Source: Hemiscyllium ocellatum
Lineage: Eukaryota
Reading direction: 5' to 3'
NCBI RefSeq assembly: GCF_020745735.1
Contig: NC_083449.1
Span: forward strand, 8,592,923 to 8,656,922
DNA length: 64,000 bases
Part shown: positions 26,716 through 39,532 of the stretch, piece by piece
How positions within the stretch are numbered: position 1 is the first letter of the stretch
How the letters are laid out: each line of letters begins with the position of its first letter
The notes under the pieces: model-generated
Seen by the model: only the letters and a program-made list of their open reading frames with translations
Databases searched by the model: none
What the model was told of the DNA's origin: nothing
Translations under genes and position numbers: made by a program

Positions 26716-27482
26716 CTATGTTTTGCAATGTGATTCGGTCAGAATCTGCAACGAAATGTGAAGTGAATGATGATTCTGTTCCGGTCAGTCTGACTGAGGG
26801 AGGTTTATCCCTGTCACACAGAAAGCGATTATGGTATTGGCTAGGTTTCCTTTTGCTCGTTGTTGTGATGATGTGTTTCTAGCTCCGCATGTCTCTTTCT
26901 GTTCTTCTGTATGGGTCGGAAATAACACAGAACCTGTCACTATGTGAAAAAAAACTCATCCGTTTGAAATTGCGATTACATTTGTTGTCAACTTACACAA
27001 TCCAGTGGAACATGACCGTGAGTGTTTTCTACACTTGGGGTTGATGCAACTCGTTCTCAACTGCACGGAGTTGAAGATAAATGAAAAGAAAACGTTTCTA
27101 TGTAATACTTGAGTCACGAGCTGAATGATGTCTAGACTGTGGGATGAATATATTTCTGAGAACTTGATTGATAACTGTGTGCTTTGTAACTGAACCACGT
27201 TGCTGCACTTCTCATTTAGGTGTCTTGCAGTTTCATGTACGGATTTATAGCATTTCTCAGTCTTACGCGAATACCTGTTAACCAGCAACTGTTAGCATGC
27301 TACATATGTGTCACTTTAACTTTGTATCTGTCGTGTCCTTATTTACACATTTGGCATTAACTCAACCTCTGTCCACTGAGGCTCTGGTCCTCCGTGTAAT
27401 ACTCAATTAGTGTTACTTCAAGAAAGGTTTTATTCTGTAACCATCAAACACTGATGTAGAAATATTCCTCCAACCTGTGCCC

Positions 27483-27626
27483 TTAGGAGAAAGTGAGGAT
27501 TGCAGATACTGGGGATCAGAGGGCTTATGCCCAAAACGTCGAGATGAAAGTCTCGAAACTTCAATTCTCCTGCTCCTCAGATGCTGCCTAACCCGCTGTG
27601 CTTTTCCAGCACCACACTCTCGACAC
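27483..27626. mobile_element. Short Penelope-derived element
   Basis: Imperfect TSD CAACCTGTGCCC / CAATCCGTGCCC; GGGCTTATGCCC-AAAACGTC; empty site in the paralog (~59770). Confidence 0.8.
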
Positions 27627-28789
27627 CAATCCGTGCCCGTCTGTTTCTGGGATGTATTTTTGTCAACTCTATTCCAGTCTTTACATGTCAGTATGTTACT
27701 GGACTGTAATTCAGACCTTCTTAAGTGTGAAGTGTTGTTTTACTCCGTAGGTGTCATCCATTGACTTTGGACAGAGCCAGGTAGGACTCACTACCTTCCA
27801 CTCCCATACCCTATGAAAATCAACTTCTGCAAATTGAAGTTGGGTTTGTAATTATAACTCAAGCATTGCGATAAGGAATAATTCTTTGTACATTGTTACT
27901 GACAATATCTGCAATGTCACTACTGATGTTACATTGTTTGTGCCAGTTTCTAGCTAATAAATAGTTGTACTCCTAACATTTTATTACTTTGCAAGTGACT
28001 CAGTATTTCATGCTGTAACTGCCACTTTGTTATTTCTAATCTTGTGTTTATTCCGTTTCAGTCAATCACAGGCATGTCAGAGAGCAAATATCTCAACATC
28101 TCGAAATTTCTGATGAAATGGATGGCTAATCATTTTTCACTCCATCCTTGGTACGTCTCAGTAACTTATAACTGAATCGATCAGTATGTAATCTATGAGC
28201 GCACACATATCAGTAATTTAAAGATAAAGTGAATGGTGAATGATGCCTCCCATTCCTGTCATGCAGATACAGTGTACATGCTGTAGGTAATAATTTTTTT
28301 CAGACTTGCGTCACTTTAAATATCTCAGAGCAGAAGATCATAAGAAGCATGAGAAGTCTGGTATTTTTATCTGCCTGTGTACTCTGTCAGGAGAACAGAT
28401 CACAAAGATTTTAGTTATGATCTTCATCTCATTTTGATATTTAGCACCCATAACCAAACACTCCCTTTTGTGTCAAAAAGATATGTGGCTACATTAGCAT
28501 AAACTAAACTGATAACCCAATCCTAACTGCTCTCTGTGGAACAGAACAAGGGGAGAATGTTCTACACTTCTTTCTGAGGCAGAAGGCCTCCTGCTCAAAA
28601 CTGTGTCCCTTATTCTGGATTCTCTCATAAGCAGTGACAATCTCCCAGCATCAACTCTGTCAACTCCCTTCAGATCCTTTTCTTTTGCCTTAAAGATGAT
28701 GAATTGTTCTTCAAATCTCCAGTGAGAATATGCCCAACTATTTTATACTTACAATGAGAGCCTACATATCAATCTACAGCTCTACGTTT

Positions 28790-29760
28790 CTGCAATGCGA
28801 ATATGAGAGTACAGATATTACTCTGTCCCTGTAAGATTCTGATGTGTATACTTGAGTGAAATTATCACCCTAAACCTGTTGGTTTCTACTGTGTGACTAT
28901 GTCAGTTTCTGCTCTGTGAATGTGATCATTTAATTATCAATCTGTCCATGTCAGTTTCAGCATTGTTGAAATGTGAACGTAGTTATCAATGTCCCTGCCA
29001 TCTTCTCCTAAGTGAACATGTGGGGGGCTGCATTGAAATGTACTTTTCACTTTGTGACACGAACGCATGAGTGTAGTTGTCAAACTTTCCCTATCAGTTT
29101 CTGCTATGTGAATGGATTGATGTAGTTATACATCTGCACTGATGAAGGGGCCTTTAACCAAAACATTGATTCTGCTGCTCCTCGGATGCTTCCAGACCTG
29201 CTGTGCTTTTCCAGCACCACACTCTCAGCTCTAATTTCCAGCATCTGCAGTCCTCACCTTTGCCCATCCATTTGTACCTGTCAGTTTCTGATCTGTGAAT
29301 ATGGAAATGCAGTTATTGATCTGTCCATCAGTTTCTGTAATTTGAATATGACTGTCTGGTTATCTATCTCTCGGTCAGTTTCTGTGATGTGAAGATGACA
29401 GTCCAATTATCTATCTGTCCCTGTCAGATTCTGCTGTATGCGTATGAGTAGCATTACCAGTCTCTACCTGTCAGCTTTTGCAACGTCAGTGTGATTTTAG
29501 TTATCAACCTGCCTCATTAGGTTCTAGGTGAACGTAAGAATGTAGTTATTATATATACCTGTGAGATTCTGCTCTGGGACTATGTGAGTGTATTCTCAAA
29601 ATGTACTTGTCAGTTTCTGCAATGTGAATGTGTTTGTGCAATCATCAGTCTATCCCTGACAGCTTCAACTATATGAATGGATGAGTGCGTCTGTACCTGA
29701 AAGTATCTGTACCTGTCAGTTTGTGTTCTGTGAATAAGTGAGTGTACTTACACATTTGTC
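28790..29760 (+). repeat. Degenerate ~47-49-bp tandem satellite
   Basis: Unit approximately GTAGTTATCAATCTGTACCTGTCAGTTTCTGCTATGTGAATGTGAGT, interrupted by a short element at ~29139-29265. Confidence 0.85.
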
Positions 29761-29859
29761 TCTGTTTAACATGACACTTGCAGAAACTGCAGGAGCTCTT
29801 TTTACTTCAAATCTCAGTTGCTCAACATGAATAAGATTTTATTTATTGCCATCCATGTC

Positions 29860-30310
29860 AGGGTGGCATGGTGGCACAGTGGTGCCAGGGATGCAGATTC
29901 AATTCCTGCCTTGGTTCATTACCTGCGTGCAGTTTGCATGTTCTGCCCGTGTCTGCATGGGCTTCCTCTGAGTGCTCAAGTTTTTTTTGCATGGTCCAAA
30001 TATGTGCAGGTTTGCTGGATTAGCCATGGTAAATTGTCCTGGAGGATTCAAGGATGTGCAGTGTCAGTGGGTTAAAACAAGGTAAAACCAGGGCTGCAGA
30101 TGCTGGAGACCAGATTGCCCGAAGCATCGATTTTCCTGCTCCTCGGATGCTGCCTGAACTGCTGTGCTTTTCCAGCACCAATCTAGTGTTAGTGGTTAAC
30201 TATGGTAAATGTGGAATTATGGGTATAGGGTGAGGTCTACGTCTGGCTGGGATCTGCTTTGGGGAGTTGTTGCTGGGGGATGGTCCAAATGAACTCCATC
30301 TGCACCGAGA
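29860..30310 (+). mobile_element. Old HE1-like SINE with a nested short Penelope-derived element (~30075-30184)
   Basis: GGTGGCATGGTGGCACAGTGG head; counterpart in the right arm at ~57665-58630. Confidence 0.7.
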
Positions 30311-31794
30311 AATTACATCTACTGTAATTGAAAGTAAGACTTTTTAAATACCATTTTCAGTCTCTGGCAGCGTAAAGCAGTTTGGATAATTTCCACAACT
30401 TTTATTCTGTGGTACAGGTTATGATTGTAAGTTATATTCTGAATGTGAATTTTGAACTTATTTTTCACATGTTTATAACAAGACCTCTTTATGGGGGCTT
30501 TTGCATTCTGTATCCAATAATCTCTGGGAATTTTTCTAAATGTGTACCTTTTCATATTAATATTTAATTTCCCTTTGGACCACTTGAAAACAAAGTATTC
30601 ATTCAGTCATTTTGTATGAGATGTGTTCTGTTTTCCCCTTGTGGAAACAAATTAAATTGCAATATTTGTTTCAATTGGCACTTGGCCTGCAAGCTCCAGT
30701 TTGGACAAACAGAATTGATACATGAATTACATACTGTCATAGAGTTAGACAGCACGTTTAATCCATGATGAGATAATTAGAGGAATAATTAACCTGATTA
30801 CTTATTTACTTCTTTCCCTACTTAAGTGGAATACATTGTTAGCATGCAATAGGTTCAGTATTTCTAAAGAAACAAGTGGTGTTTGCTTTTTGATCAACGT
30901 TATACTATGCATTAGAATTTTATAGGAAGTTCTCTTGTACACTGGGACTGACATACTTCACTCTTACCTTTCCTGATTAATTTAAGGAAAAGGTAGCGCT
31001 CCCAACCATTTGATCCTAATGGGCTTGATTTTTCCATTTTTGCCTACTGGCCAATTAACTGGACAGTATTTCTGTGTTTTGCAAATTATTCTGTACCCAC
31101 TGTGTGTTGGCATTATCTCACTCTTTCTTGTGTCCAGAAACCAGTTTCCTTCAAATCCTTCATTACATAAATAAGAACTATAACTGGTGCAGTCTGCAAC
31201 TATTTGTTCTTCTCTTTGAATGCAGAACTAATCTTGTTTCTTCCATTCACTTGTATGGTTTGTGTACTTGGGAAGTAGTCTCTCCCTGTCAGTCTGTACT
31301 ATTTCATGGGACTGTGATATGGTTTATTGTCCTTCAAACTCTGCTCAGATGGGACAGGTAGTCAACAGATTAGAGCCATGTTGTCTAGTGAAAAACTTAA
31401 TATAGAGTACTTGGGCTGTTGTGTACATGCACTGATTTTATGTATAAAAATGGTTTTTGAATGGATCAGTTATTAGGATACAGGAAGGATGCCCACACTC
31501 GATTGATCCTGCTTCAATCTTCCTGCATTGTGTTACTGAGCAGTTTAAATGTTTGCTGTTAAGTGGACAGCCAGTTAGCAAAGGAGAGAGTTTTCAGTTC
31601 ATGTTTCCTGAAGTGAATGGGAAAGTTCTTATTGCTTTGACTGTATCTGTAGGATTCACAGACAAGTGAAACCACAGTACATTGTCACAGAAGTGCTGTT
31701 CTTCAGAGTCAAGGAGGTAAAAGCAATGGACCTTGGCACCTTCTATAGTGCAGAGTCTAACTGGGAGGAGTGATATCAAGGTGCGGCCTTCAGA

Positions 31795-32445
31795 GAGTCA
31801 TACAGTTATACAGCACAGAAACAGATCCTTTGGTCCAAGCTGTTCATGCAGACCAGAGATCCTAATCTGGCCTAGTTCCATTTAAGTTAAAAATCTCAAC
31901 ACAAGGTTATAGTACAACAGGTTTACGTGGAAGCAATAACTTTCAGAGCGATGAAGGAGCAGTGCTCTGAAAGCTAGTGCTTCCAAATAAACCTGGTGTA
32001 CGACAAATTGGAGTTGTGTGATTCCTAACTTTGTCCACCCCAGTCCAACACTGGCACCCCCACATCATGGCTAGTCACGTTTGCCAGCATTTGACACATA
32101 TCCATCAAAACTGTTCCTTTACTTGCAGACATCCAGGTGCCTATAAAAGATTGTAATTGTACCCACCACCTCCACTTCCTCTGGTAGCTCATTCCATACA
32201 AGCATTCCATGTGATAAAGTAACCCCACAGGCCCTTTTAAAATCTTTTTTCCACAATTCAAACCTGTGCCCTCTATTTTTGCACTCACCCACATTCCGAA
32301 AACAACCAGTGATATTCATCCTATCATGCCCCTCATGATTTTCTCAACTTGTACAAAGGTCACACCTCATTTTCTGACAGTCCATGGAACAAAGCAATAG
32401 CCTGTTCAGCCTCTTCCCCCTAAATCAAAACCTCCAGTCTTGGTA
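31795..32445 (-). mobile_element. CR1 3' fragment with a nested palindromic short element (~31885-32070)
   Basis: WNELPEEV motif on the minus strand; nested GATGA-AGGAGCAGTGCTCT-GAAAGCTA at 31950-31976. Confidence 0.7.
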
Positions 32446-32505
32446 ATGGAACATTGATGAGGATAGCGCAGTTGACGTGGCTTACATGGACTTGTGTAAG
32501 GCCTT

Positions 32506-33707
32506 TGTCGAAGCATAACCCCTGACCAGGCAGGAAAGACTCAGCAGACAGGCAGGCAGCATTCAGGCAAGTGGTAGGTGTTTATTCAAGCAGAAACGGG
32601 TTAGTGCAGGGAGAGGGCCAAATGATCTTCCCCCAAGACTGGCCTCAGAAGAGAGGTCCATGACACACATTTTTTTACAATAAAAAGCAATATTGTTTAT
32701 AAACTTTCTGATATCAATTACATATAACTTGATTATGATATTCCTCCCTCTTACTTTGCATACCCTATTCAATGAGGCACCTAATCAATGATAGGCATTT
32801 CTATGGACAGCCCTAGGATCCCCTTACCTCTCAGAGTTTAGAGGACACTGTAGTCTCTAGGCCTTGGGATCTTTCTATGCATCCTCTTCATTCACATTCC
32901 AAAGTTATTTTCTATACACCCTCGGGTTTCTCTCTGTCTAGCTTATCTCTCTCAGGACAGCTTGAATGCTATTATTCATTGTACTCCATTTTATCAAGGT
33001 CAATTGCTCCTCTGATATAATTCGGCCAGAGAGGAAATATATGAAGAAAAATAAAAGGAGAGTTTGTTTTGACTTACTTGCCATAGACTTGTAATTTTAA
33101 TTTCTGTTATAAAAACTCAGTTACAAAATTTAGATATCCCAACAATTAGGACTTTGTGATTAATGGACTGTGAGCAATCTATTGTGTTCTGGGTGTAAGA
33201 GAAGTATTACCTAAAGCTAATTAACCTTCACTTCCAGGTTTGAATGCTTCTTTTCCTCTTTATGCTTTAGCATTATGCATCTATTTTGTATGCTGAAAAC
33301 TACAGTGATGATGCTATGTTTCTTTATGAGAACCTAATTCTAAATATTCTAACGATAACTTTAGCTGTTGCACCCTCAGCTGTTTTAGGGCATTAATGGG
33401 CTGTAACTAGCACCTGGTAATTGTTCATTAACTGGGACAATGACCCTTTCATTTAATGTGGCTGGAGTTACTCATTTACCAGACCTTCGGTCTGTTTGTC
33501 AGAACTGTTTCGAATGGCTACAGGCTGGGTCCTTTTTACTGTCCTCGCAGTGGCTCGTTCAACGCATTATGTCTTACTGTGTGAGTAGGCTGCTTGGCAT
33601 AGTTTCTGCCTGCCATTGCATTTCACATCCTGTTTAATTCTTAAAGGTCAGTTTGTGTTAACAGATATGGGCCACTCTATTCTGGCCAGGTACAGGCCAC
33701 CCCTACA
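32506..33707 (-). mobile_element. Solo LTR (1.2 kb), TG...CA with 5-bp TSD
   Basis: TSD GCCTT at 32501-32505 and 33708-33712. Removing it restores the CR1 motif AAGGCCTTTGACAAAG (KAFDK). Minus-strand AATAAA near 32581. Confidence 0.8.
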
Positions 33708-35155
33708 GCCTTTGACAAAGTCCCATATAAAAGACTGGTCCAAACTCGGCTCTTGGAGTCCCATGCAATTTGGATCTGAAATGAGTTTGCACACAGGATG
33801 CAAACTATGATAATGGAGGGTTGTGTTTGTGATTGGAAGCCTGTGACCAACGCTGTACCACAGGGATCAGTGCTGGGACCTTTGCTGCTTGTTAAGTACA
33901 TATTCACAATTGGATGTGAATGTAGAATGTATAATTAGTAAGCCTGCGGATTAATTTTTCATGCAGAAATATTATGCGTTTCAGTGCAATGGCCTGTTCC
34001 TATGTTGTACTGTTCTTTCCTCTATGACATGAAAGTCGGCGGCGTTGTTGACAGTGAGGGGGATGGTCTCAGGCTACAGCATGAGAACATTGGGCACTGC
34101 AATGGCAGATGGAATTTAATCCTGATAAATGTGAGGTCATGCATTTAATAAGGCAAAGAATTACACAATGAAGGATTGGTCCCTCGGCAGTACTGAGGAC
34201 AAAAGGGGCCTTGGTATACAAGTTTATAGATCACAGAAGGTGGAATGGGACTATTTGGCACCGATCATTTGGCCCCGGCCATTTTGGCGCTGAGCTGTTT
34301 TGGCACCAATTCAGAATTTAAAAAAGTCTTGTAGAGCCTGTAATAAATGAGTCTTTATTGCATTATAAGAAAGAAATTGAATTCTTTTTTATTCATTATT
34401 TTAGGCTATTCATTATAAAAAGGAATTTCTACATTTTGCTACACTTATCAAACACATATAGAGAATCATCATGTGAAAATTTTTGGTTGTCTTTTTTGCT
34501 TAGAATGTTTTCAGCCATTTCTGGTATAGGCTCCACAAGGAAAATCAAAAGAAAATTGTATTACAGCTTTCCAATGTGAAGACAGAAGGGCTTAAGTATC
34601 ATCAAGGCAGTAGATGACTATTAACAATTGTTAAAATGAGAAAATGATTACAAAACAAGACTTGAATCTACAGCGGGTCATTACAGCTTTGACTATCAAC
34701 TCTTGCTAGTTGAGAAAATTACATTGGGTCGTTAGTCATCCTCTCTTCTTTCACCAAGACTTTTATTTTTATTCTGAATTGGCGCCAACACAGCTCAGCG
34801 CCAAAGTAATGAGCATCAAAACAGTTTAGAACCAAAACGGCGGGGCCAAATGATCGGCACCAAAACGTACCTGACCCCACAGAAGGTGTACTGACAGGCA
34901 GACAGGCTGCTGAAGAAGGCATACAGGATGCTTTCTTTCAGTACCTGAGCTGTTGAATGTAAGAGCGAGGAAGTCTTATTCCACCTTTCAAATACTGATC
35001 AAATACTGTGTGCAGTTCTGATTACCACACAATTAGAAGGATGGGATTGGCTGGAAAGGATGCAGTAGGTTGGAAAGTCTCCGTCAAAAGGGGAGACAGT
35101 ATGAGCTGGGTTTGGCTTCCTCTGAGCAGAGGTGGTTGAGGGAGGATCTGACTGA
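33708..35155 (+). mobile_element. Decayed CR1 RT fragment, continuing from 32450-32505
   Basis: [11 protein letters not shown] and WQMEFNPDKCEVMH remnants. Confidence 0.75.
34242..34878. mobile_element. Non-autonomous DNA transposon, Mutator/MULE-like
   Basis: 9-bp TSD ACAGAAGGT at 34233-34241 and 34879-34887; long imperfect TIRs built from repeated TTTTGGC(G/A)CC motifs. Confidence 0.75.
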
Positions 35156-37460
35156 GATGTACAGCATGGAAACAGACCCTTCGGTACAACCCGTCCATGC
35201 CAACCAGATATCCCAACCCAATCTAGTCCCACCTGCCAGCACCTAGCCATTTTCGCTCCAAACCCTTCCTATTCATATACCCATCCAAATGCCTCTTGAA
35301 ATGTTGCAATTGTACCAGCCTCCACTACATCTTCTGGCAGCTCATTCTATACACGTACCACACTCTATGTGAAAAAGTTGTCCCTTAGGTCTCTTTTATA
35401 CCAATGTCCTGTACAGTTGCAACATGACCAACCAACTACTGTACTCAATACTCTGACCAATAAAGGAAAGCATACTAAATGCCTTCTTAACTATCCTGTC
35501 TACCTGCGACTCCACTTTCAAGGAGCTATGAACCTGCACTCCAAAGTCTTTGTTCAGCAACACTACCAGTAAGTGTATAAGTCCTGCTAAGATTTGTTTT
35601 CCCAAAATGCAGCACCTCGCATTTATCTGAATTAAACTCCCATCTGCCACTTCTCAGCCTATTGGCCCATCTGGTCAAGATCCTGTTGAAATTTGAGGTA
35701 ACCCTCTTCACTGTCCACTACACCTCCAATATTGATGTCATCTGCAAACCTACTAACCGTACCGCTTATGCTCGCATCCAAATCATTTATGTAAATGACA
35801 AAAAGTAGAGGACCCAGCACCGATCCTTGGAGCACTCCACTTGTCACAGGCCTCCAGTCTGAAAAACAATCCTCCACCACCACCATCTGTCTTCTACCAT
35901 TGAGCCAGTTCTGTATGCAAATGGCTAGTTCTCTCTGTATTCCATGAGATCTAACATTGCTAATCAGTCTCCCATGACGAACCTTGTCAAATGCCTGACT
36001 GAAGTCCATATAGATCACATCTACCACTCTGCCCTCATCAATCTTCTTTGTTACTTCAAAAATACAATCAAGTTTGAGAGACATAATTTCCCACGCACAA
36101 AGCCATGTTGACTATCCCGAATCAGCCCTTGCCTTTCCAAATATAGGTACATCCTGTCCCTCAGGATTCCCTCCAACAACTTGCCCACCAACGAGGTCAG
36201 GCTCACCGGTCTATAGTTCCCTGTCTTGTCTTTACCGCCCTTCTTAAACAGTGGCACCAAGTTTGCCAACCTCCAGTCTTTCCGCACCTCTCCTAAGACT
36301 ATCGGTAATACAAATATCTCAGCAAGAGGTCCAGCAATCACTTCTCTAGCTTCCCACAGAGTTCTCGGGTACACCTGATCAGGTCCTGGGGATTTATCCA
36401 CCTTTAACCATTTCAAGACATCCAGCACTACCTCCTCTGTAATCTGGACATTTTGCAAGATGTCACCATCTATTTCCCTACAGTCTATATCTTCCAAATG
36501 CTTTTACGCATTAAATACTGATGCAAAATATTCATTTAGTATCTCCCCCATTTTCTGTGGCTCCACACAAAGGCCACCTTGCTGATCTTTGAGGGGCCCT
36601 ATTCTTTCCCTAGTTACCCTTTTGTCCTCAACATAGTTGTAAAAACCGTTTGGATTCTCCTTAAGTCTATTTGCCAAAGCTATCTCATGACCCCCTTTTG
36701 TCCTCCTGATTTCCCTCTTAAGTATATTCCTACTTTCTTTATACAGTTCTAAGGATTCAATCAATCTATCCTGTCCAAACTTGACATCTGTTTCCTTCTT
36801 TTTCTTAAACAAACCCTCAGTTTCTTTAGTCATCCGCCTTCCCTTTCACCCTGACAGGAATATATATTCTCTGGATTCTTGTTATCTCATTTCTGAAGGC
36901 TTCCCATTTTCCAGCCATCCCTTTACCTGCGAACATCTGCCTCCTATCAGTTTTCGAATGTTCTTGCCTAATACCGTCAAAATTGGCCTTTCTCCAATTT
37001 AGGACTTCAACTTTTAGATCTGGTCTATCCTTTTCCATCACTATTTTAAAACGAATAGAAATATGGTCGCTGGCCCCAAAGTGCTCCCCCATTGACACCT
37101 CAGTCACCTGCCCTGCCCTATTTCCCAAGAGTAGGCCAGATTTTGCACCTTCTCTAGTACGTACATCCACATACTGAATCAGAAAATTGTCTTGTACACA
37201 CTTAAGACATTCCTCTCCATCTGAACCTTTAACATTATGGCAGTCCCAGTCAATGTTTGGAAAGTTAAAATCCCCTATCATAACTCCCCTATTATTTTTA
37301 CAGATGGCTGAGATCTCCACACAAGTTCGTTTCTCAATTTCCCTCTTACTATTGGGGGGTCTGTAATACAATCCCAATAAGGTGATCAGCCCTTTCTTAT
37401 TTCTCAGTTCCAGCCAAATAACTTCCCTGGATGTATTTCCGGGAATATCCTCCCTCAGCA
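35155..37460 (-). mobile_element. CR1/HER1-like LINE ORF2, decayed with internal deletions
   Basis: ORFs at 36826, 36504, 36051, 35659 and 35396 carry endonuclease (GDFNFPNIDW) and RT motifs. Confidence 0.93.
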
Positions 37461-39530
37461 GTCGGAGTATACTTAAGAGGGAAACCAGGAGGGCAAAAAG
37501 GGGACATGAGATAACTTTGGCAAACAGGGTTAAGGAAAATGCCAAAGGATTTTATGAATACATTTAAGGACAAAAGGGTAACTAGGGAGAGATTAGAGCC
37601 CCTCAAAGATCAGAAGGCAGCCTCTGTGTGGAAACACAGATGGGGGAGATACAAAAAGAATATTTTTCATCACTGTTTACTGTGGAGAAGGACATGGAAA
37701 ATATAGAATGGGGGAAATAGATGGTGACATCTTGAAAGATATCCATATTACAGAGGAAGAAGTACTGGATGCCTTGAAACGCATAAAAGTGGATAAATCC
37801 CCAGGACCTGATCAGACTTTCCTGTGGGAAGTTACCAAAGTGATTGCTGTGTCCCTTGCCGGGATATTTTTATCAAGATAGTCACAGATGAGGTGTTGGA
37901 AGACTAGAGGTTGCTAATGTGGTGCTACAATTTAAGGAAGGTGGGAACTTTAGGCTTGTAAGCCTGTCATCGGTGTTGAGCAAGATTAGATTAGATTACT
38001 TACAGTGTGGAAACAGGCCCTTCGGTCCAACAAGTCCACACCGACCCGCCGAAGCGCAACCCACCCACACCCCTTACCTAACACTATGGGCAATTTAGCA
38101 TGGCCAATTCACCTGACCCGCACATCTTTGGACTGTGGGAGGAAACCGGAGCACCCGGAGGAAACCCACGCAGACACGGGGAGAACGTGCAAACTCCACA
38201 CAGTCAGTTGCCTGAGTTGGGAATTGAACCCGGGTCTCAGGCGCTGTGAGGCAGCAGTGCTAACCACTGTGCCACCGTGCCGCCCATTTGTTTTTCTTTT
38301 TTTTTCTTTTTTTCATGTTGGAGGGAATCCTGAGGGACAGAGTTTTTACGTATGTTGAAAGGCAAGGACAGAATCAGGACAGCGAACATGGCTTTGTGTG
38401 TGGGAAACCATGACTCACAAACTTGAATGAGTTTTCTGAAGAAGTAACAAAGGATTTCCCCATGGGAGATTGGTTAGATCTCATGGAATACAGGGAGAAC
38501 TCACCATTTGCATACAGAACTGGCTCAAAAGGTAGAAGACAGAGGGTAGTAGTGGAGGATTGTTTTTCAGACTGGAGGCCCGTGACCAGTGGAGTGCTAT
38601 ATCCACTACTTTTCATTGTTTATAGAAATGATTTGGATGTGAGCAAAGGAGGTACAGTTAGTAAGTTTGCAGGTGACACCAAAATTGCAAGTGTAGCCGA
38701 CAGTGAAGAAGGTTACCTCAGATTACAATAGAATCTTGATCAGATGGGTCAATGAGCTGAGGAGTGGCAGATGGAGTTTAATTCAGATAAATGCGAAGTG
38801 CTGCATTTTGGGAAAACAGATCTTAGCAGGACTTATACACTTAATGGTAAGGTCCTAGGGAGTGTTGCTGAACAAAGAGACCTTGGAATGCAGGTGTATA
38901 TTTCCTTGAAAGTGGAGTCGCAGGTAGATAGGATAGTGAAGAAGGCATTTTGTATGCTTTCCTTTATTGGTCAGAGTATTGAGTACATTTTGCAGCTCTA
39001 CAGAACATTGGTTCAGCCACTTTTGGAATATTGCGTACAGGTCTGGTGTCCTTCCTATCAGAAGGATGCTGTTCAGAAAAGATTTACACGGATGTTGCCA
39101 GGGTTGGAGGATTTGAGCTAGAAGGAGAAGTTGAATAGGTGCCGGCAGTTTTCCCTGGAGCATCGGGAGCTGATGAGTGACCTTATAGATGTTTATAAAA
39201 CCATTAGGGGCATGGATGGGAGAAATAGACAAGGTATGTTCCCTGGGAAATGGAGGGGGGTCCAGAACAAGAGGGCACACATTTAGGGTGAGATAAAAGA
39301 TATTCATGCAGAGGGTGATAGGTGCATGGAATGAAATGCCAGAGGTAGTGGTGGGGGCTCGTACAATTGTAAATTTTAAAAAGCATCTGAATTCATATAT
39401 GAATTGGAAGGGTTTGGAGGGATATGGACTGGATGCTGGCACGAGGACTAGATTGGGTTGGAATAGCTGACAGGCATGGACAAGTTGGACTGAAGGGTCT
39501 GTTTCCGTGCTGTGTGTCTCTTTGACTCAA
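37461..39530 (+). mobile_element. CR1/HER1-like LINE, 5'-truncated, head-to-head with the previous copy
   Basis: ILKRETRRAKRGHEI..., MEFNSDKCEVLHFGK..., 3' tail near 39530. Confidence 0.9.
37983..38285 (-). mobile_element. Young HE1-like SINE
   Basis: Minus strand GGGCGGCACGGTGGCACAGTGGTTAGCACTG (A box), GGTTCAATTCC (B box), (TCTAA)n tail. Confidence 0.92.
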
Positions 39531-39532
39531 TG

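Noticed and set aside
27752-27780. Plus-strand micro-exon (TACTCCGTAG|...CAG|GTAGGA)
   Set aside because: Splice sites and length are not conserved in the paralogous arm (~59555-59660).
28790-29760. CRISPR array or C2H2 zinc-finger array
   Set aside because: Eukaryotic context, no unique spacers, and a ~47-bp period rather than 84 bp, with no TGEKP linkers.
38215-38285. tRNA genes at the SINE heads
   Set aside because: The A/B boxes belong to tRNA-derived SINEs that continue into the SINE core and LINE-like tail.
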